This document shows positions 1-10,043 of a DNA stretch of 64,000 nt, piece by piece. The notes under the pieces were generated by a model that saw nothing but the letters and a program-made list of their open reading frames with translations, did no database searches and was not told the DNA's origin. Position 1 is the first letter of the stretch, and the number at the start of each line of letters is the position of its first letter. Source of the DNA: Verrucomicrobiaceae bacterium (GTDB lineage: Bacteria > Verrucomicrobiota > Verrucomicrobiia > Verrucomicrobiales > Akkermansiaceae); contig JBPOGH010000019.1 of the NCBI GenBank assembly GCA_051252135.1, forward strand, positions 1 through 64,000, written 5' to 3'. A program made the translations under genes and the position numbers.

Positions 1-362
1 CATCCCATTCATCTGCGTCCATCTGCGGTTAACTCTCCCCCCCAACCAAGCCCCCCAACCAAGCCCCTCAACCAAGCTCCTCAACCATCCCATTCATCTG
101 CGTCCATCTGCGGTTAACTCTCCCCCTCAACCAAGCAATTCCTAATCCCTAATTCTAAATTCCAAATTCTCCCAACCAAGTTTCGTCCATTTCGTATTTT
201 TCGTGGTTCCCCCTCCCCCAACCAAGCCCCTCAACCAAGCTTCTGATTTTTCTGCGCTTTCTGTGGTCCCCCTACACAACCAAGCCCTAAAAACCCTTCG
301 CGTCTTCGCGGTTCCCCCACCCACTCGCATCCAAAAAAGCCAAAAGCCAAAAGCCAAAAGCC
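1..362. repeat. Intergenic mosaic of short repeats
   Basis: 41-nt direct repeat catcccattcatctgcgtccatctgcggttaactctccccc at 1-41 and 86-126; several caaccaagc units; related short-period units at about 181-208, 241-268 and 296-313; (ccaaaag)n at about 331-362. Confidence 0.85.
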
Positions 363-450
363 AACCGCTCAAACTCCCGCACACCTGCAACCTCCCCCCA
401 AAAAAAATTCCCGGTAGAAACACCAAAACTCCTCCGTATTTTAACCAACC

Positions 451-1758
451 ATGACCTCTCGCCGCCAATTCATCCGTGACCTCGGCATCTCCGCTTCCGC
501 GCTCCCCTTCCTCAGCGGCCTGCCCTCCTTCGGAGCCATCGCCCCCAACGGACGCAAGCAGCGGCTCATCGTCATGTTCTCGCCCAACGGCACCGTCCCG
601 GAACGATTCTGGCCCACCAACCCCGGCGACCTCAAAACCTCCCCCATCCTCGCCCCCCTCGCCCCCTTCCAAAATCAATCCCTCGTCCTCAAAGGAATCT
701 GTAACAAGGTCGGAGGCGATGGCGACCGCCACATGCGCGGCATGTCCTGCCTCCTCACCGGCGCCCGCCTTCACCCCGGAAACATCCAGGGCGGATCCGA
801 CACCCCCGCCGGCTGGGCCTCCGATATCTCCATCGACCAGGAGATCAAAAACTTCCTCCAAAAAAACGAAGCCACCCGCACCCGCTTCGGCTCCCTCGAG
901 GTCGGCATCGCTGTCCCCGACCGCGCCGACCCCTGGACCCGCATGTCCTACGGCGGCTCCAATCAACCCGTCGCCCCCCTCGATGACCCCTACCAGATGC
1001 TCAACAAGCTCTACGGGCAATCCAAGGACCGCGAGACCTACGCCTCCGTCCTCGACTCCCTCGGCGGCGACCTCAAAAAAGTCTCCCAAAAACTCGCCCA
1101 TCAGGACAAAGCCCTCCTCCAGCAACACATGGAGCTCGTCCGCCAGCTCGAGGTCGAAATGAAGGCCTCCGCCCAACAAGGCGAACTCGTCCACCCCGAG
1201 CCCGACCTCGACCCCAACATCGAGCTCGTCAACGACAACACCCCCCAGATCGCCCGCATGCAGATGGACCTCCTCGTTAACGCCATGGCCAATGACATGG
1301 CCCGCGTCGGCACCCTCCAGTTCATGCGCTCCGTCGGACAAGCCCGCATGCGCTGGCTCGGCATCGAGGAAGGACACCACTCACTTTCCCACGAACCCGA
1401 TAAAAACGACGACGCCCAGGCCAAGCTCGAAAAAATCAACATCTGGTTCGCCCAACAACTCGCCTACCTCGCCCAACGCCTCCGCGACACCCCGGAGCAC
1501 GATGGCCAGGGCAACATGCTCGATAACACCACCATCGTCTGGGTCAACGAGCTCGGAAAAGGCAACACCCACACCCTCGATGACATCCCCACCGTCATCA
1601 TCGGCGGCGGCGCAGGCTTCAAGACCGGCCAGGTCAAAGACCTCGGAAAAGTCGCCCACAACCGCCTCCTCATGTCCCTCGCCCACTCCATGGGCCACCA
1701 CCTCTCCCACTTCGGCGAAGAAAAACACTGCCACGGCGGCCCCCTCGCTCTCGTTTAA
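451..1758 (+). CDS. DUF1552 family protein with Tat-like signal
   Basis: N-terminal SRRQFIR; RLIVMFSPNG, SIDQEI and HHSLSH motifs; C-terminal LDNTTIVWVNELG...H...IP.VIIGG, all typical of DUF1552. Confidence 0.85.
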   Translation: MTSRRQFIRDLGISASALPFLSGLPSFGAIAPNGRKQRLIVMFSPNGTVPERFWPTNPGDLKTSPILAPLAPFQNQSLVLKGICNKVGGDGDRHMRGMSCLLTGARLHPGNIQGGSDTPAGWASDISIDQEIKNFLQKNEATRTRFGSLEVGIAVPDRADPWTRMSYGGSNQPVAPLDDPYQMLNKLYGQSKDRETYASVLDSLGGDLKKVSQKLAHQDKALLQQHMELVRQLEVEMKASAQQGELVHPEPDLDPNIELVNDNTPQIARMQMDLLVNAMANDMARVGTLQFMRSVGQARMRWLGIEEGHHSLSHEPDKNDDAQAKLEKINIWFAQQLAYLAQRLRDTPEHDGQGNMLDNTTIVWVNELGKGNTHTLDDIPTVIIGGGAGFKTGQVKDLGKVAHNRLLMSLAHSMGHHLSHFGEEKHCHGGPLALV

Positions 1759-1822
1759 AAAGACCGGGATTCAACCGAATTCCGACAGGACAAACCCTTT
1801 TCTCCCGTTATAGTCCTGCCCC

Positions 1823-4800
1823 ATGATCCGCTGGTTCGCCAAAAACGACATCGCCTCCAACTTCCTCCTGGTGGCCATCCTCCTCGGCGGCATCTACACC
1901 GCCCTCAATAAAATCCCCCTCGAGGTCCGACCCTCCATGGACTTTGGCGAGGTCGACATCAAAATGACCTACCGGGGCGGCAGCCCCAAGGACGTCGAGG
2001 AACACATCCTCATCCCCATCGAGCGCGCCCTTCGTGATGTCGATGGCATCAAACGCCTCGAGTCCCGCGCCACCCGGGGTCTCGCAAATTTCGACATCAT
2101 GGGCGAGGACGGGGTCGACCTCGACGAACTCCGCGATGAAGTGGAAGCCGCCGTCGAAACCATCAACACCTTCCCCGGCGAGACCGAGCGCCCCCGCATC
2201 AGCGTCCCCCGCATGTCCAACTACAAGGAGGTCGTCACCCTTGCCGTCATCGGGGATCTCTCGAACATCGAACTCTACAAACTCACCCGCCGGATCGAAA
2301 ACGACATCCTCGAACTCCCCGAAATCTCCCGCACCAGCCTCCGCGGCATCCATGACCTTCAAATCGCCATCGAGGCCAACGACGAAAAACTTCGCGACCA
2401 CGGCCTCTCCCTCCAGGACCTCTCCGATGCCATCCGCCGCTCCTCCATGAGCCTCTCCGCCGGCTCCGTCCGCACCCCCTCGGGATCCATCATGATCCGC
2501 ACCGACGGACAGGCCTACAATCGCAACGACTTCGCCAACATCATCATCACCGCCGACGACGGAGCCCAACTCCGCCTCAGCGATCTCGCCAATATCACCG
2601 ATGGCTTCGAGGAAGAAAACCACATCCTCCGCTTCAATGGCGAACGCGCCCTCTTCATCGACATCCTCCAGGGAAGCGATGAAAGCGCCATCAAGATCTC
2701 CGACGCCGTAAAAAACTACATCGCCCAATCCGTCAGCCGCTTCCCCGAGGGCATCAAGCTCGAAACCTGGGATGACGAATCCATCCGCATCCGCGGCCGC
2801 CTCTCCACCCTCGCAAACTCCCTCCTCATGGGAGGCCTCCTCGTCTTCATCGTCCTCGGCATCTTCCTCCGTCCCATGCTCGCCTTCTGGGTCGTCGTCG
2901 GCATCCCCGTCAGCTTCGCCGGCGGAGCCCTCTTCATGCCCTACTTCGGCCTCTCCGCCAACACCATGAGCCTCTTCGGATTCATCATCGTCCTCGGCAT
3001 CGTGGTCGATGACGCCATCATTACCGGAGAAAACGTCTACAGCCGCCTCCGCGACGACCTCACCCCGCTCGATGCCGCCGTCCTCGGCACCAAGGAGGTC
3101 GCCACCCCCGTCACCTTCGGCGCCATCACCACCATCGTCGCCTTCCTCCCCCTCATGTTCTTCGAGGGCTTCTGGCAAGCCTGGACCTCCCAAATCCCAC
3201 CCATCGTCGGAGCCGTCCTCATCTTCTCCCTCATCGAATCAAAGCTCATCCTCCCCTCCCACCTCAAACACATGCGCGTCCATCGTGATACCAGAAAGCT
3301 GGGTCACTTTTCACGCTTCCAAAAAGCCATCGCCGATGGGCTCGAACGAGCCGTCGAACGCTACTACCAACCCGCTCTTAAGTTCGCCGTCAATCACCGC
3401 TACACCACCCTTTCTCTCTTCTTCGCCCTCGCCTTCATCACCCTCGGCATCCAAAAAGGCGGCAAAATAGGCTTCGTCCCCATGCCCACCATCGAGCGCT
3501 ACATCATCAACTCCCACCTCGATATGCTCCCCAACACCCCCTTCGAGGAAACCAACGAAGCCGTCCTCTACATCGCCGCCAAAGCCCGGGAACTCCAGGC
3601 CGAGCTCATCGATCCCGGCAACGGACGCTCCCTTGTCAAAAACATCATGGAAGAAAGTGGCGATACCGGCCACCACAACATGGGCAGCGACCCCGAGGAA
3701 GGCAGCGTCGCCATCGAAATCCTCCCCCCCAGCGAACGAACCGTCCCCGGACCCACCAACGAGGAAATCATCAAACTCTGGCGCGATCGCGTCGGCAAAA
3801 TCCCCGGCTCCCGCAGCTTCCACGTCCGCGGGTCCTACGGCAGCCGCCGCCATGGCGGACAGGAGACCGAAGCCATCCAAATCCAACTCCGCGGCGAGGG
3901 CAGCGAGGAAAAATACGCCATCGCCGAAGAAATCGAAGAACTCTTTGAATCCCACCCCCTCATCGAATGGGCCCACGCCGACCACGAATCCCAGCGCGAG
4001 GAACTTGCCATCATCATGAAACCCCTCGGCATCGAGTCCGGTCTCACCCAGCGTGATCTCGCCAGCCAAATCCGCCAGGCCTTCTACGGCGATGAAGTCC
4101 AGCGCATCCAGCGCGACGGAGAGGAACTCCGCGTCATCGTCCGCCTCCCCGAGTCCAAGCGCGAATCACTCCACACCTTCGACACCCTCAACATCCAAAC
4201 CCCCTCGGGAGACAACATCCCCTTCACCACCGTCGCCTCCGCCGAACTCCGGCCCGCTCCCGGTTCCATCGAGCGCGAAGACCGCGCCCAAATCAACCGC
4301 ATCACCGCCAGCCCCGAATCCAAGGAGACCGATATCGTCGCCCTCGCCAACGAACTGGAACCGCAAATCTCCGCCATCGTCAACCGCAACCCCGAATTCT
4401 CCTGGGTCTGGGATGGCTACATCAAAGAGGATCGCGAGACTGGCAACCGCTTCTACTGGCTCTACGGAGGCCTCATCCTCGTCCTCTACGCCCTCCTCGC
4501 CATCCCCTTCCGCTCCCTCCTCCAACCCCTCGTCGTCCTCCTCGCCATCCCCTTCGGCATGATCGGCGCCTACGGAGGTCACATAATTATGGGAGTTATT
4601 CCCTCCTGGCTCTCAGTTTTTGGAATTATGGCCCTCGCCGGCGTCGTTGTGAATGATTCCCTCGTCCTCGTCGACTTCATCAACCGCAAGCGCGAAGAGG
4701 GCATGGACCTCCTCGAGGCCGTCATGATCTCCGGTGTCAAAAGGTTTCGCCCCATTTTCCTCACCTCCATCACCACCTTCGCCGGTCTCATCCCGCTCAT

Positions 4801-5026
4801 GTTCGATCGCGCCCTCCACGCACAATTTTTAAAACCAATGGCGATCTCTCTGGGTTACGGAATTCTCTTTGCCACCGTCATCACCCTCTTCCTCATCCCC
4901 GCCGCCTACCTCATCCTCGAGGATGCCAAACGCCTATTTGGCGCGGGTTTCCGTTGGTATTCCAAGCCTTTCAATGTCGCTAGCACGCTTGATAGTAAGG
5001 AGAAAGATAAATTTAATAAAAGTTGA
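1823..5026 (+). CDS. RND efflux transporter permease (AcrB/AcrD/AcrF family)
   Basis: 1067 aa; GIVVDDAII, GVVVNDSLVLVD and RFRPIFLTSITT motifs; RND transmembrane pattern. Confidence 0.93.
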   Translation: MIRWFAKNDIASNFLLVAILLGGIYTALNKIPLEVRPSMDFGEVDIKMTYRGGSPKDVEEHILIPIERALRDVDGIKRLESRATRGLANFDIMGEDGVDLDELRDEVEAAVETINTFPGETERPRISVPRMSNYKEVVTLAVIGDLSNIELYKLTRRIENDILELPEISRTSLRGIHDLQIAIEANDEKLRDHGLSLQDLSDAIRRSSMSLSAGSVRTPSGSIMIRTDGQAYNRNDFANIIITADDGAQLRLSDLANITDGFEEENHILRFNGERALFIDILQGSDESAIKISDAVKNYIAQSVSRFPEGIKLETWDDESIRIRGRLSTLANSLLMGGLLVFIVLGIFLRPMLAFWVVVGIPVSFAGGALFMPYFGLSANTMSLFGFIIVLGIVVDDAIITGENVYSRLRDDLTPLDAAVLGTKEVATPVTFGAITTIVAFLPLMFFEGFWQAWTSQIPPIVGAVLIFSLIESKLILPSHLKHMRVHRDTRKLGHFSRFQKAIADGLERAVERYYQPALKFAVNHRYTTLSLFFALAFITLGIQKGGKIGFVPMPTIERYIINSHLDMLPNTPFEETNEAVLYIAAKARELQAELIDPGNGRSLVKNIMEESGDTGHHNMGSDPEEGSVAIEILPPSERTVPGPTNEEIIKLWRDRVGKIPGSRSFHVRGSYGSRRHGGQETEAIQIQLRGEGSEEKYAIAEEIEELFESHPLIEWAHADHESQREELAIIMKPLGIESGLTQRDLASQIRQAFYGDEVQRIQRDGEELRVIVRLPESKRESLHTFDTLNIQTPSGDNIPFTTVASAELRPAPGSIEREDRAQINRITASPESKETDIVALANELEPQISAIVNRNPEFSWVWDGYIKEDRETGNRFYWLYGGLILVLYALLAIPFRSLLQPLVVLLAIPFGMIGAYGGHIIMGVIPSWLSVFGIMALAGVVVNDSLVLVDFINRKREEGMDLLEAVMISGVKRFRPIFLTSITTFAGLIPLMFDRALHAQFLKPMAISLGYGILFATVITLFLIPAAYLILEDAKRLFGAGFRWYSKPFNVASTLDSKEKDKFNKS

Positions 5027-5090
5027 ATAAATTGCTGGCTTTTAACGGTTATGTGAATAATATCAGCGCAGTAAAAAAATTCTTACTGCA

Positions 5091-5714
5091 ATGCCTGTCA
5101 CCTCAACCAGAAAGCAACACCTGAACGTGCGCGAGACCCAAATGGAAATGCCCGCTTCTTCTGCTGGCATCTCCGAGGACTTCGAGGGCAAACTCGAAGA
5201 CGCACAAGCTCAGCTCGAATACCTGCACCAACAACGCGAGCAACTCGAACGCCAAAAGATCGCCCTCGAGGAGCTCAATCAACGCAAACAGGAATTCCTC
5301 AACGGTCAGGTCGACCTCAGCGAAAAACTCTCCGCCGCCATCACCACCATCGATCGCGAACTCTTCGAATCCAAACAGGAAATGGAAGACATGGAGCAGG
5401 CCCGCACCTCCTTCGCCAAGCACCTCCAGCGCATCGATGCCATCAACCCGCAAAGCTGGTCCAAAGAGGAGCTTAAAAACGAACTCGAAAACGCTCTCAC
5501 CATCATCGACCGCGCCGAGGATGAATACGACCAGGCCGTCGCCCACTTTGCCGATGGCCGCCGCGGTCAGGGCATCTTCGGCCCCGGCTCCTCACGCTCT
5601 CCCCGCGCCGGTGCACAGGGAGACATGAAAACAATGATGGTCAACGGCTTCGCTTTCAACCTGCCGATCATCATTCTCGGCTCCCTTGCCCTTCTCCTCT
5701 ACCTCGTCAAATAA
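5091..5714 (+). CDS. Hypothetical coiled-coil protein with C-terminal membrane anchor
   Basis: Glu/Gln/Leu heptad-rich body; hydrophobic C-terminus FAFNLPIIILGSLALLLYLVK; codon bias matches neighbours. Confidence 0.8.
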   Translation: MPVTSTRKQHLNVRETQMEMPASSAGISEDFEGKLEDAQAQLEYLHQQREQLERQKIALEELNQRKQEFLNGQVDLSEKLSAAITTIDRELFESKQEMEDMEQARTSFAKHLQRIDAINPQSWSKEELKNELENALTIIDRAEDEYDQAVAHFADGRRGQGIFGPGSSRSPRAGAQGDMKTMMVNGFAFNLPIIILGSLALLLYLVK

Positions 5715-5727
5715 CTCCCATCATACC

Positions 5728-6072
5728 ATGGCCATCCTCCAATCAAATTTCACCGCCGCCACCGCTCTGCGTGATGAAGAGGACACCATCTCCTCACGGA
5801 TCGCCGAGCTCGAAAGAAGCATCGAAGAAGCTCCCCTCAAACTTCAGGAAGAGCTCGAACGGGAACGCACCATGATGCCTCCCCCCGATGACCTCGCCGA
5901 CCGCGCCCGCGAGCGCAAGTTCTACGCCGAGCTCTCCCGTGGAGAACTCCAGAACGAACGCCGCTACCGCGCCCGCAGCACCGTCCTCTTCACTCTTTCC
6001 TTCGCCGCCACCGTCTCCGTCTGCTGGTGGATTTACGCCGAACTCCAACGCTTCGGAGTCTTGAATTTCTAA
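5728..6072 (+). CDS. Hypothetical protein with C-terminal transmembrane helix
   Basis: ATG at 5728, 13 nt after the previous stop; charged helical region followed by a TM segment (VLFTLSFAATVSVCWWIY). Confidence 0.75.
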   Translation: MAILQSNFTAATALRDEEDTISSRIAELERSIEEAPLKLQEELERERTMMPPPDDLADRARERKFYAELSRGELQNERRYRARSTVLFTLSFAATVSVCWWIYAELQRFGVLNF

Positions 6073-6090
6073 AAAGGCTCCCACCAACCC

Positions 6091-6123
6091 AACCCCCGCG
6101 CAGCATCTGCCGGGGGTTTTTTT
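6091..6123 (+). terminator. Rho-independent terminator
   Basis: aacccccg...cgggggtt stem followed by a T run. Confidence 0.75.
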
Positions 6124-6168
6124 GTCTTCACTCTTCACAGCCCCAGATTCCTCGTTCATCTTCCGCCC

Positions 6169-6459
6169 ATGTCCGAACCATCCATCGACGTGCGCTACGT
6201 GGCCAATCTCGCCCGCATCGACCTCAGCGATGACGAAGTCGAACGCTTCGGCAAACAACTCGAAAACGTCATGGGCCATATCGCCAAACTTTCAGAGGTC
6301 GACGTCGAGGGCATCGAAGCCACCTGCCACCCCAACGATCTCTCCAACCGCGTCCGCCCGGACGTCCCCGTCGAAGGAATGACCCCGGAGGAATTCCTCC
6401 AAAACGCTCCCGACCAATCACAAGGTCTCCTCCGCGTTCCCAAAGTCGTCGACGCCTAA
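6169..6459 (+). CDS. gatC: Asp/Glu-tRNA amidotransferase subunit C
   Basis: VRYVANLARIDL...L.EVDVEGIE...R.D...NAP...VPKVV; directly upstream of gatA. Confidence 0.95.
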   Translation: MSEPSIDVRYVANLARIDLSDDEVERFGKQLENVMGHIAKLSEVDVEGIEATCHPNDLSNRVRPDVPVEGMTPEEFLQNAPDQSQGLLRVPKVVDA

Positions 6460-6479
6460 TCACTTTCCACCGGACCACC

Positions 6480-7892
6480 ATGTCTCTCGCATCCCAATCC
6501 CTCGCCTCTCTCAAGCGCCAACTCACCGCCGGTGAGATTTCCTCGCGCGATATCGTCCAGGACACCATCGACCAAATCGCCTCCCGCGATGGCGATATCG
6601 GAGCCTTCCTCTCGCACAATGCCGACGCCGCCCTCGCCGCGGCCGACCAAGCCGACCTCTCCCTCCCCCTCGGCGGACTCCCCATTGGCATCAAAGACAA
6701 CATCAACGTCAAAGGAGACCCCTGCACCTGCGCCTCCAAATTCCTCGCCGGCGCCTTCACCTCTCCCTACGACGCCTCCGCCATCAAAAACCTCCGCAAC
6801 GCCGGAGCCATCCCCTTCGGTCGCCTCAATCTCGACGAGTTCGCCATGGGCTCCTCCACCGAGAACTCCGGCCTCCAGGTCACCAATAACCCCGCAGCTC
6901 CCGGCCACATCCCCGGAGGATCCTCCGGTGGCTCCGCCGCCGCCGTCGCCGGAAACCTCATCCCCGCCACCATCGGCTCCGATACCGGCGGCTCCATCCG
7001 CCAACCCGCCAGCCACTGCGGCGTCGTCGGACTCAAACCCTCCTACGGACGCGTCTCCCGCTACGGCCTCGTCGCCTTCGGATCCTCCCTCGACCAAATC
7101 GGCCCCCTCACCCGCACCGTCGAGGACGCCGCCCTCCTCCTCAACACCCTCGCCGGACCCGACCCCCGCGACTCCACCTGCCTCGAAGAACCCGTCCCGG
7201 ATTACACCGAAGGGCTCGATGCCGGAGTCGCCGGAATGAAACTCGGCCTCCCCAAGGAATACTTCACCGATGGCATCGACCCCCTCGTCCGCGAGCGGAT
7301 CGAAAAAGCCGCTGCCGACCTCGAATCCCAAGGCGCTGAGATTGTCGAAATCTCCCTCCCGCACACGGAATACGCCATCGCCACCTACTACATCATCGCT
7401 CCCGCCGAGGCCTCCTCCAACCTCTCCCGCTTCGATGGCATCCGCTACGGCAATCGCGCCGAAAACCCCGAGGACATCCTCTCCCTCTACCAACAAAGCC
7501 GTGAGGCCGGCTTCGGTTCCGAAGTCAAACGCCGCATCATCCTCGGCACCTACGTCCTCTCCTCCGGCTACTACGATGCCTACTACACCCGCGCCCTCAA
7601 GGTCCGCACCCTCATCCGGCGCGACTTCGAACAAGCCTTCGAAAAAGTAGACGCCATCCTCACCCCCGTCGCCCCCGAGCCCGCTCCCAAAATGGGCGCC
7701 GCTTCCGGCGATCCCCTCAAGCACTACCTCGCAGACATCTTCACCATCTCCGCGAACCTCGCCGGAAACTGCGGCATCTCCGTCCCCCTCGCCCCCGTCA
7801 ACGGACTCCCCGTCGGCCTCCAAATCCTCGGCCCACACCTCGGCGAACAAACCATCCTCAAGGTTGCCCGCGCCACCGAAGCCCTTCAGTAA
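6480..7892 (+). CDS. gatA: Asp/Glu-tRNA amidotransferase subunit A
   Basis: Amidase signature GGSSGGSAAAVA, GSDTGGSIRQPA; EASSNLSRFDG; EVKRRIILGTYVLSSGYYDAYY. Confidence 0.97.
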   Translation: MSLASQSLASLKRQLTAGEISSRDIVQDTIDQIASRDGDIGAFLSHNADAALAAADQADLSLPLGGLPIGIKDNINVKGDPCTCASKFLAGAFTSPYDASAIKNLRNAGAIPFGRLNLDEFAMGSSTENSGLQVTNNPAAPGHIPGGSSGGSAAAVAGNLIPATIGSDTGGSIRQPASHCGVVGLKPSYGRVSRYGLVAFGSSLDQIGPLTRTVEDAALLLNTLAGPDPRDSTCLEEPVPDYTEGLDAGVAGMKLGLPKEYFTDGIDPLVRERIEKAAADLESQGAEIVEISLPHTEYAIATYYIIAPAEASSNLSRFDGIRYGNRAENPEDILSLYQQSREAGFGSEVKRRIILGTYVLSSGYYDAYYTRALKVRTLIRRDFEQAFEKVDAILTPVAPEPAPKMGAASGDPLKHYLADIFTISANLAGNCGISVPLAPVNGLPVGLQILGPHLGEQTILKVARATEALQ

Positions 7893-8180
7893 GGCCCGGG
7901 CACAACCCTTTTGCCCTTCCACAATCAGGCCCGGGGAACGACCACCCCGGGCTGGGCCGTTCGCCTGCCCTTATACCAAGTAGAGTTTCAAAAGAGCCAA
8001 ATGCCGGAACGATTTTCTGGAATGGCAAGGCATGACGAGCGAGTGGTGCGGGCACCACGACCGAGGAACGACGCCGCTATTGCTGAAAAGCGCCCGGCTT
8101 CTTACCCAAAAAGCCCCCCTTCGGCCCCTTCGAACCCGTCCTTGCTTCTCCCCCCATTCTAAGCTAATTCCCTCGCAGTC

Positions 8181-9209
8181 ATGCCAGTCGCGACACCAGA
8201 ACAATACAAGCAGATGCTCGATGCCGCCCAAAAGGGTGGATACGCCTACCCCGCCATCAACATCACCTCTCTCACCACCGCCAGCGGCGCCCTCAAGGCA
8301 TTCGCCGAGGCCAAATCCGATGGCATCATTCAGGTCTCGACCGGTGGAGGCCAGTTCGCTTCCGGCACCGCCGTCAATGACGCCGCCTTCGGTGCCATCG
8401 TCCTCGCCGAGGCCGTCCACACCCTCGCGGAAAAATACGACATCCTCGTCGGCCTCCACACCGACCACTGCCACCCCGATAAGGTCGACTCCTTCCTCCG
8501 CCCGCTCCTCGACGCCTCACGCAAGCGCATCGCCGAAGGCAAAGGACCCCTCTTCCAGTCTCACATGTTCGATGGCTCCGTCGTCGACCTCGATGAAAAC
8601 ATGAAGATCTCCGCCGAGCTCCTCAAGGAGTGCGTCGAACTCGACATCATCCTCGAAATCGAAGCCGGCTGCGTCGGTGGCGAAGAAGACGGACACGACA
8701 CCTCCGGCCTCCCCGCCGAGAAGCTCTACACCACCCCCGAGGACATGATGCAGGTCTACGAAACGCTCAACCCGATTGGCCGTTTCATGTTCGCTGCCAC
8801 CTTCGGTAACGTCCACGGCGCCTACAAGCCCGGCTCCGTCAAACTCAAGCCCACCATCCTCCGCGATGGCCAAAAAGTCGTCACCGACAAATATGGTCCC
8901 GAAGCCGAGATGGACCTCGTCTTCCACGGCGGCTCCGGAACCTCCCCCGAGGACCTCCAGGAAACGCTCGACTACGGAGTCGTCAAAATGAACATCGACA
9001 CCGACACCCAGTATGCCTTCTCCCGTCCCATCGTCACTCACATGTGCGAGAACATCGAAGGCATGCTCAAGATCGATGGCGAGGTCGGCAACAAGAAGTG
9101 CTACGACCCACGCAGCTACCTCAAGAAAGCCGAACAGTCCCTCTGCGACCGCATGAAGCAAGCTTGCGACGAGCTCCGCTCCACCGGCAACACCATCTAC
9201 TCAGCTTAA
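8181..9209 (+). CDS. fbaA: Fructose-bisphosphate aldolase class II
   Basis: YAYPAIN, LHTDHC, FQSHMFDGS, GGEEDG, FGNVHGAYKPG, VFHGGSG, VKMNIDTDTQ. Confidence 0.96.
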   Translation: MPVATPEQYKQMLDAAQKGGYAYPAINITSLTTASGALKAFAEAKSDGIIQVSTGGGQFASGTAVNDAAFGAIVLAEAVHTLAEKYDILVGLHTDHCHPDKVDSFLRPLLDASRKRIAEGKGPLFQSHMFDGSVVDLDENMKISAELLKECVELDIILEIEAGCVGGEEDGHDTSGLPAEKLYTTPEDMMQVYETLNPIGRFMFAATFGNVHGAYKPGSVKLKPTILRDGQKVVTDKYGPEAEMDLVFHGGSGTSPEDLQETLDYGVVKMNIDTDTQYAFSRPIVTHMCENIEGMLKIDGEVGNKKCYDPRSYLKKAEQSLCDRMKQACDELRSTGNTIYSA

Positions 9210-9227
9210 AAAGCTCCGCTTTTTTAA

Positions 9228-9258
9228 AAGGCCCGCCCCACAAGGCGGGCCTTCATTT
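9228..9258 (+). terminator. Probable terminator hairpin after fbaA
   Basis: aaggcccgcc-ccacaa-ggcgggcctt inverted repeat. Confidence 0.65.
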
Positions 9259-9275
9259 TACCCCAACACACCTTT

Positions 9276-10034
9276 ATGGAACCCAAGACCACCGCCGGCC
9301 AGCAGGACAACCCGCTCGCCAATATCATCCTCAACGTCCTCGCTCCCGTCCTCATCCTGAGCTATTGCAGCAAAGACGGAAACAGCGCGTGGCACCTCGG
9401 TCCCTACAAGGCGATGGCCCTCGCCCTCGCCATCCCCATCCTCTACGGAATCTGGCACTTCGTTCAGCACAAGAAGTTCAATATCTTCTCCGCCGTCGGA
9501 TTTGGAAACGTCCTCCTCACCGGAGCCATCTCCATCTACCTCTACTCCTCCGACGATCCCCAGGTGCGCAAGAACGCCCCTCTCCTCTTCGGCATCAAGG
9601 AAGCCATCCAGCCTCTCATCCTCGGCTCCCTCTTTCTCCTCACCGCCAAGGGTGCCTCCCCTCTCTTTAATGCCTTCATCTACAACGATGGCATCTTCGA
9701 CCAATCCCGCATCAACAAAGCGGTTAGAGAAAAAGGCAACGAGCTCGAGCTCGCCGCCCTCCTCTGGAATTCCACCCTCCTCTTCTTCGGCTCCTTCTGC
9801 CTCTCCGCCGTCATGAACCTCGGCCTCGCCTTCTACTTCCTCGGCGATCTCGACCCTGCCTCCGCGAACTGGAAAGAGCTCTACAATGCCGACGTCGCCA
9901 AAATCACCGGATGGGGCTTCCTCGTCATCGGCGTCCCTCTCCTCGTCGTCGGCGGCTTCATCCTCGCCAAGCTCATCAAAGGCCTCAAAGCCCTCACTGG
10001 ACTCGAGACCGACCGCATCCTTCAGGCCCGCTAA
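9276..10034 (+). CDS. Integral membrane protein (VC0807-like)
   Basis: NPLANIILNVLAPVLIL; LLTGAI...FGIKEAIQP; multiple TM segments. Confidence 0.7.
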   Translation: MEPKTTAGQQDNPLANIILNVLAPVLILSYCSKDGNSAWHLGPYKAMALALAIPILYGIWHFVQHKKFNIFSAVGFGNVLLTGAISIYLYSSDDPQVRKNAPLLFGIKEAIQPLILGSLFLLTAKGASPLFNAFIYNDGIFDQSRINKAVREKGNELELAALLWNSTLLFFGSFCLSAVMNLGLAFYFLGDLDPASANWKELYNADVAKITGWGFLVIGVPLLVVGGFILAKLIKGLKALTGLETDRILQAR

Positions 10035-10043
10035 AAAGCGCCC

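Noticed and set aside
1..313. CRISPR array
   Set aside because: Only two identical copies; spacers are irregular and themselves repetitive; no cas genes in the window.
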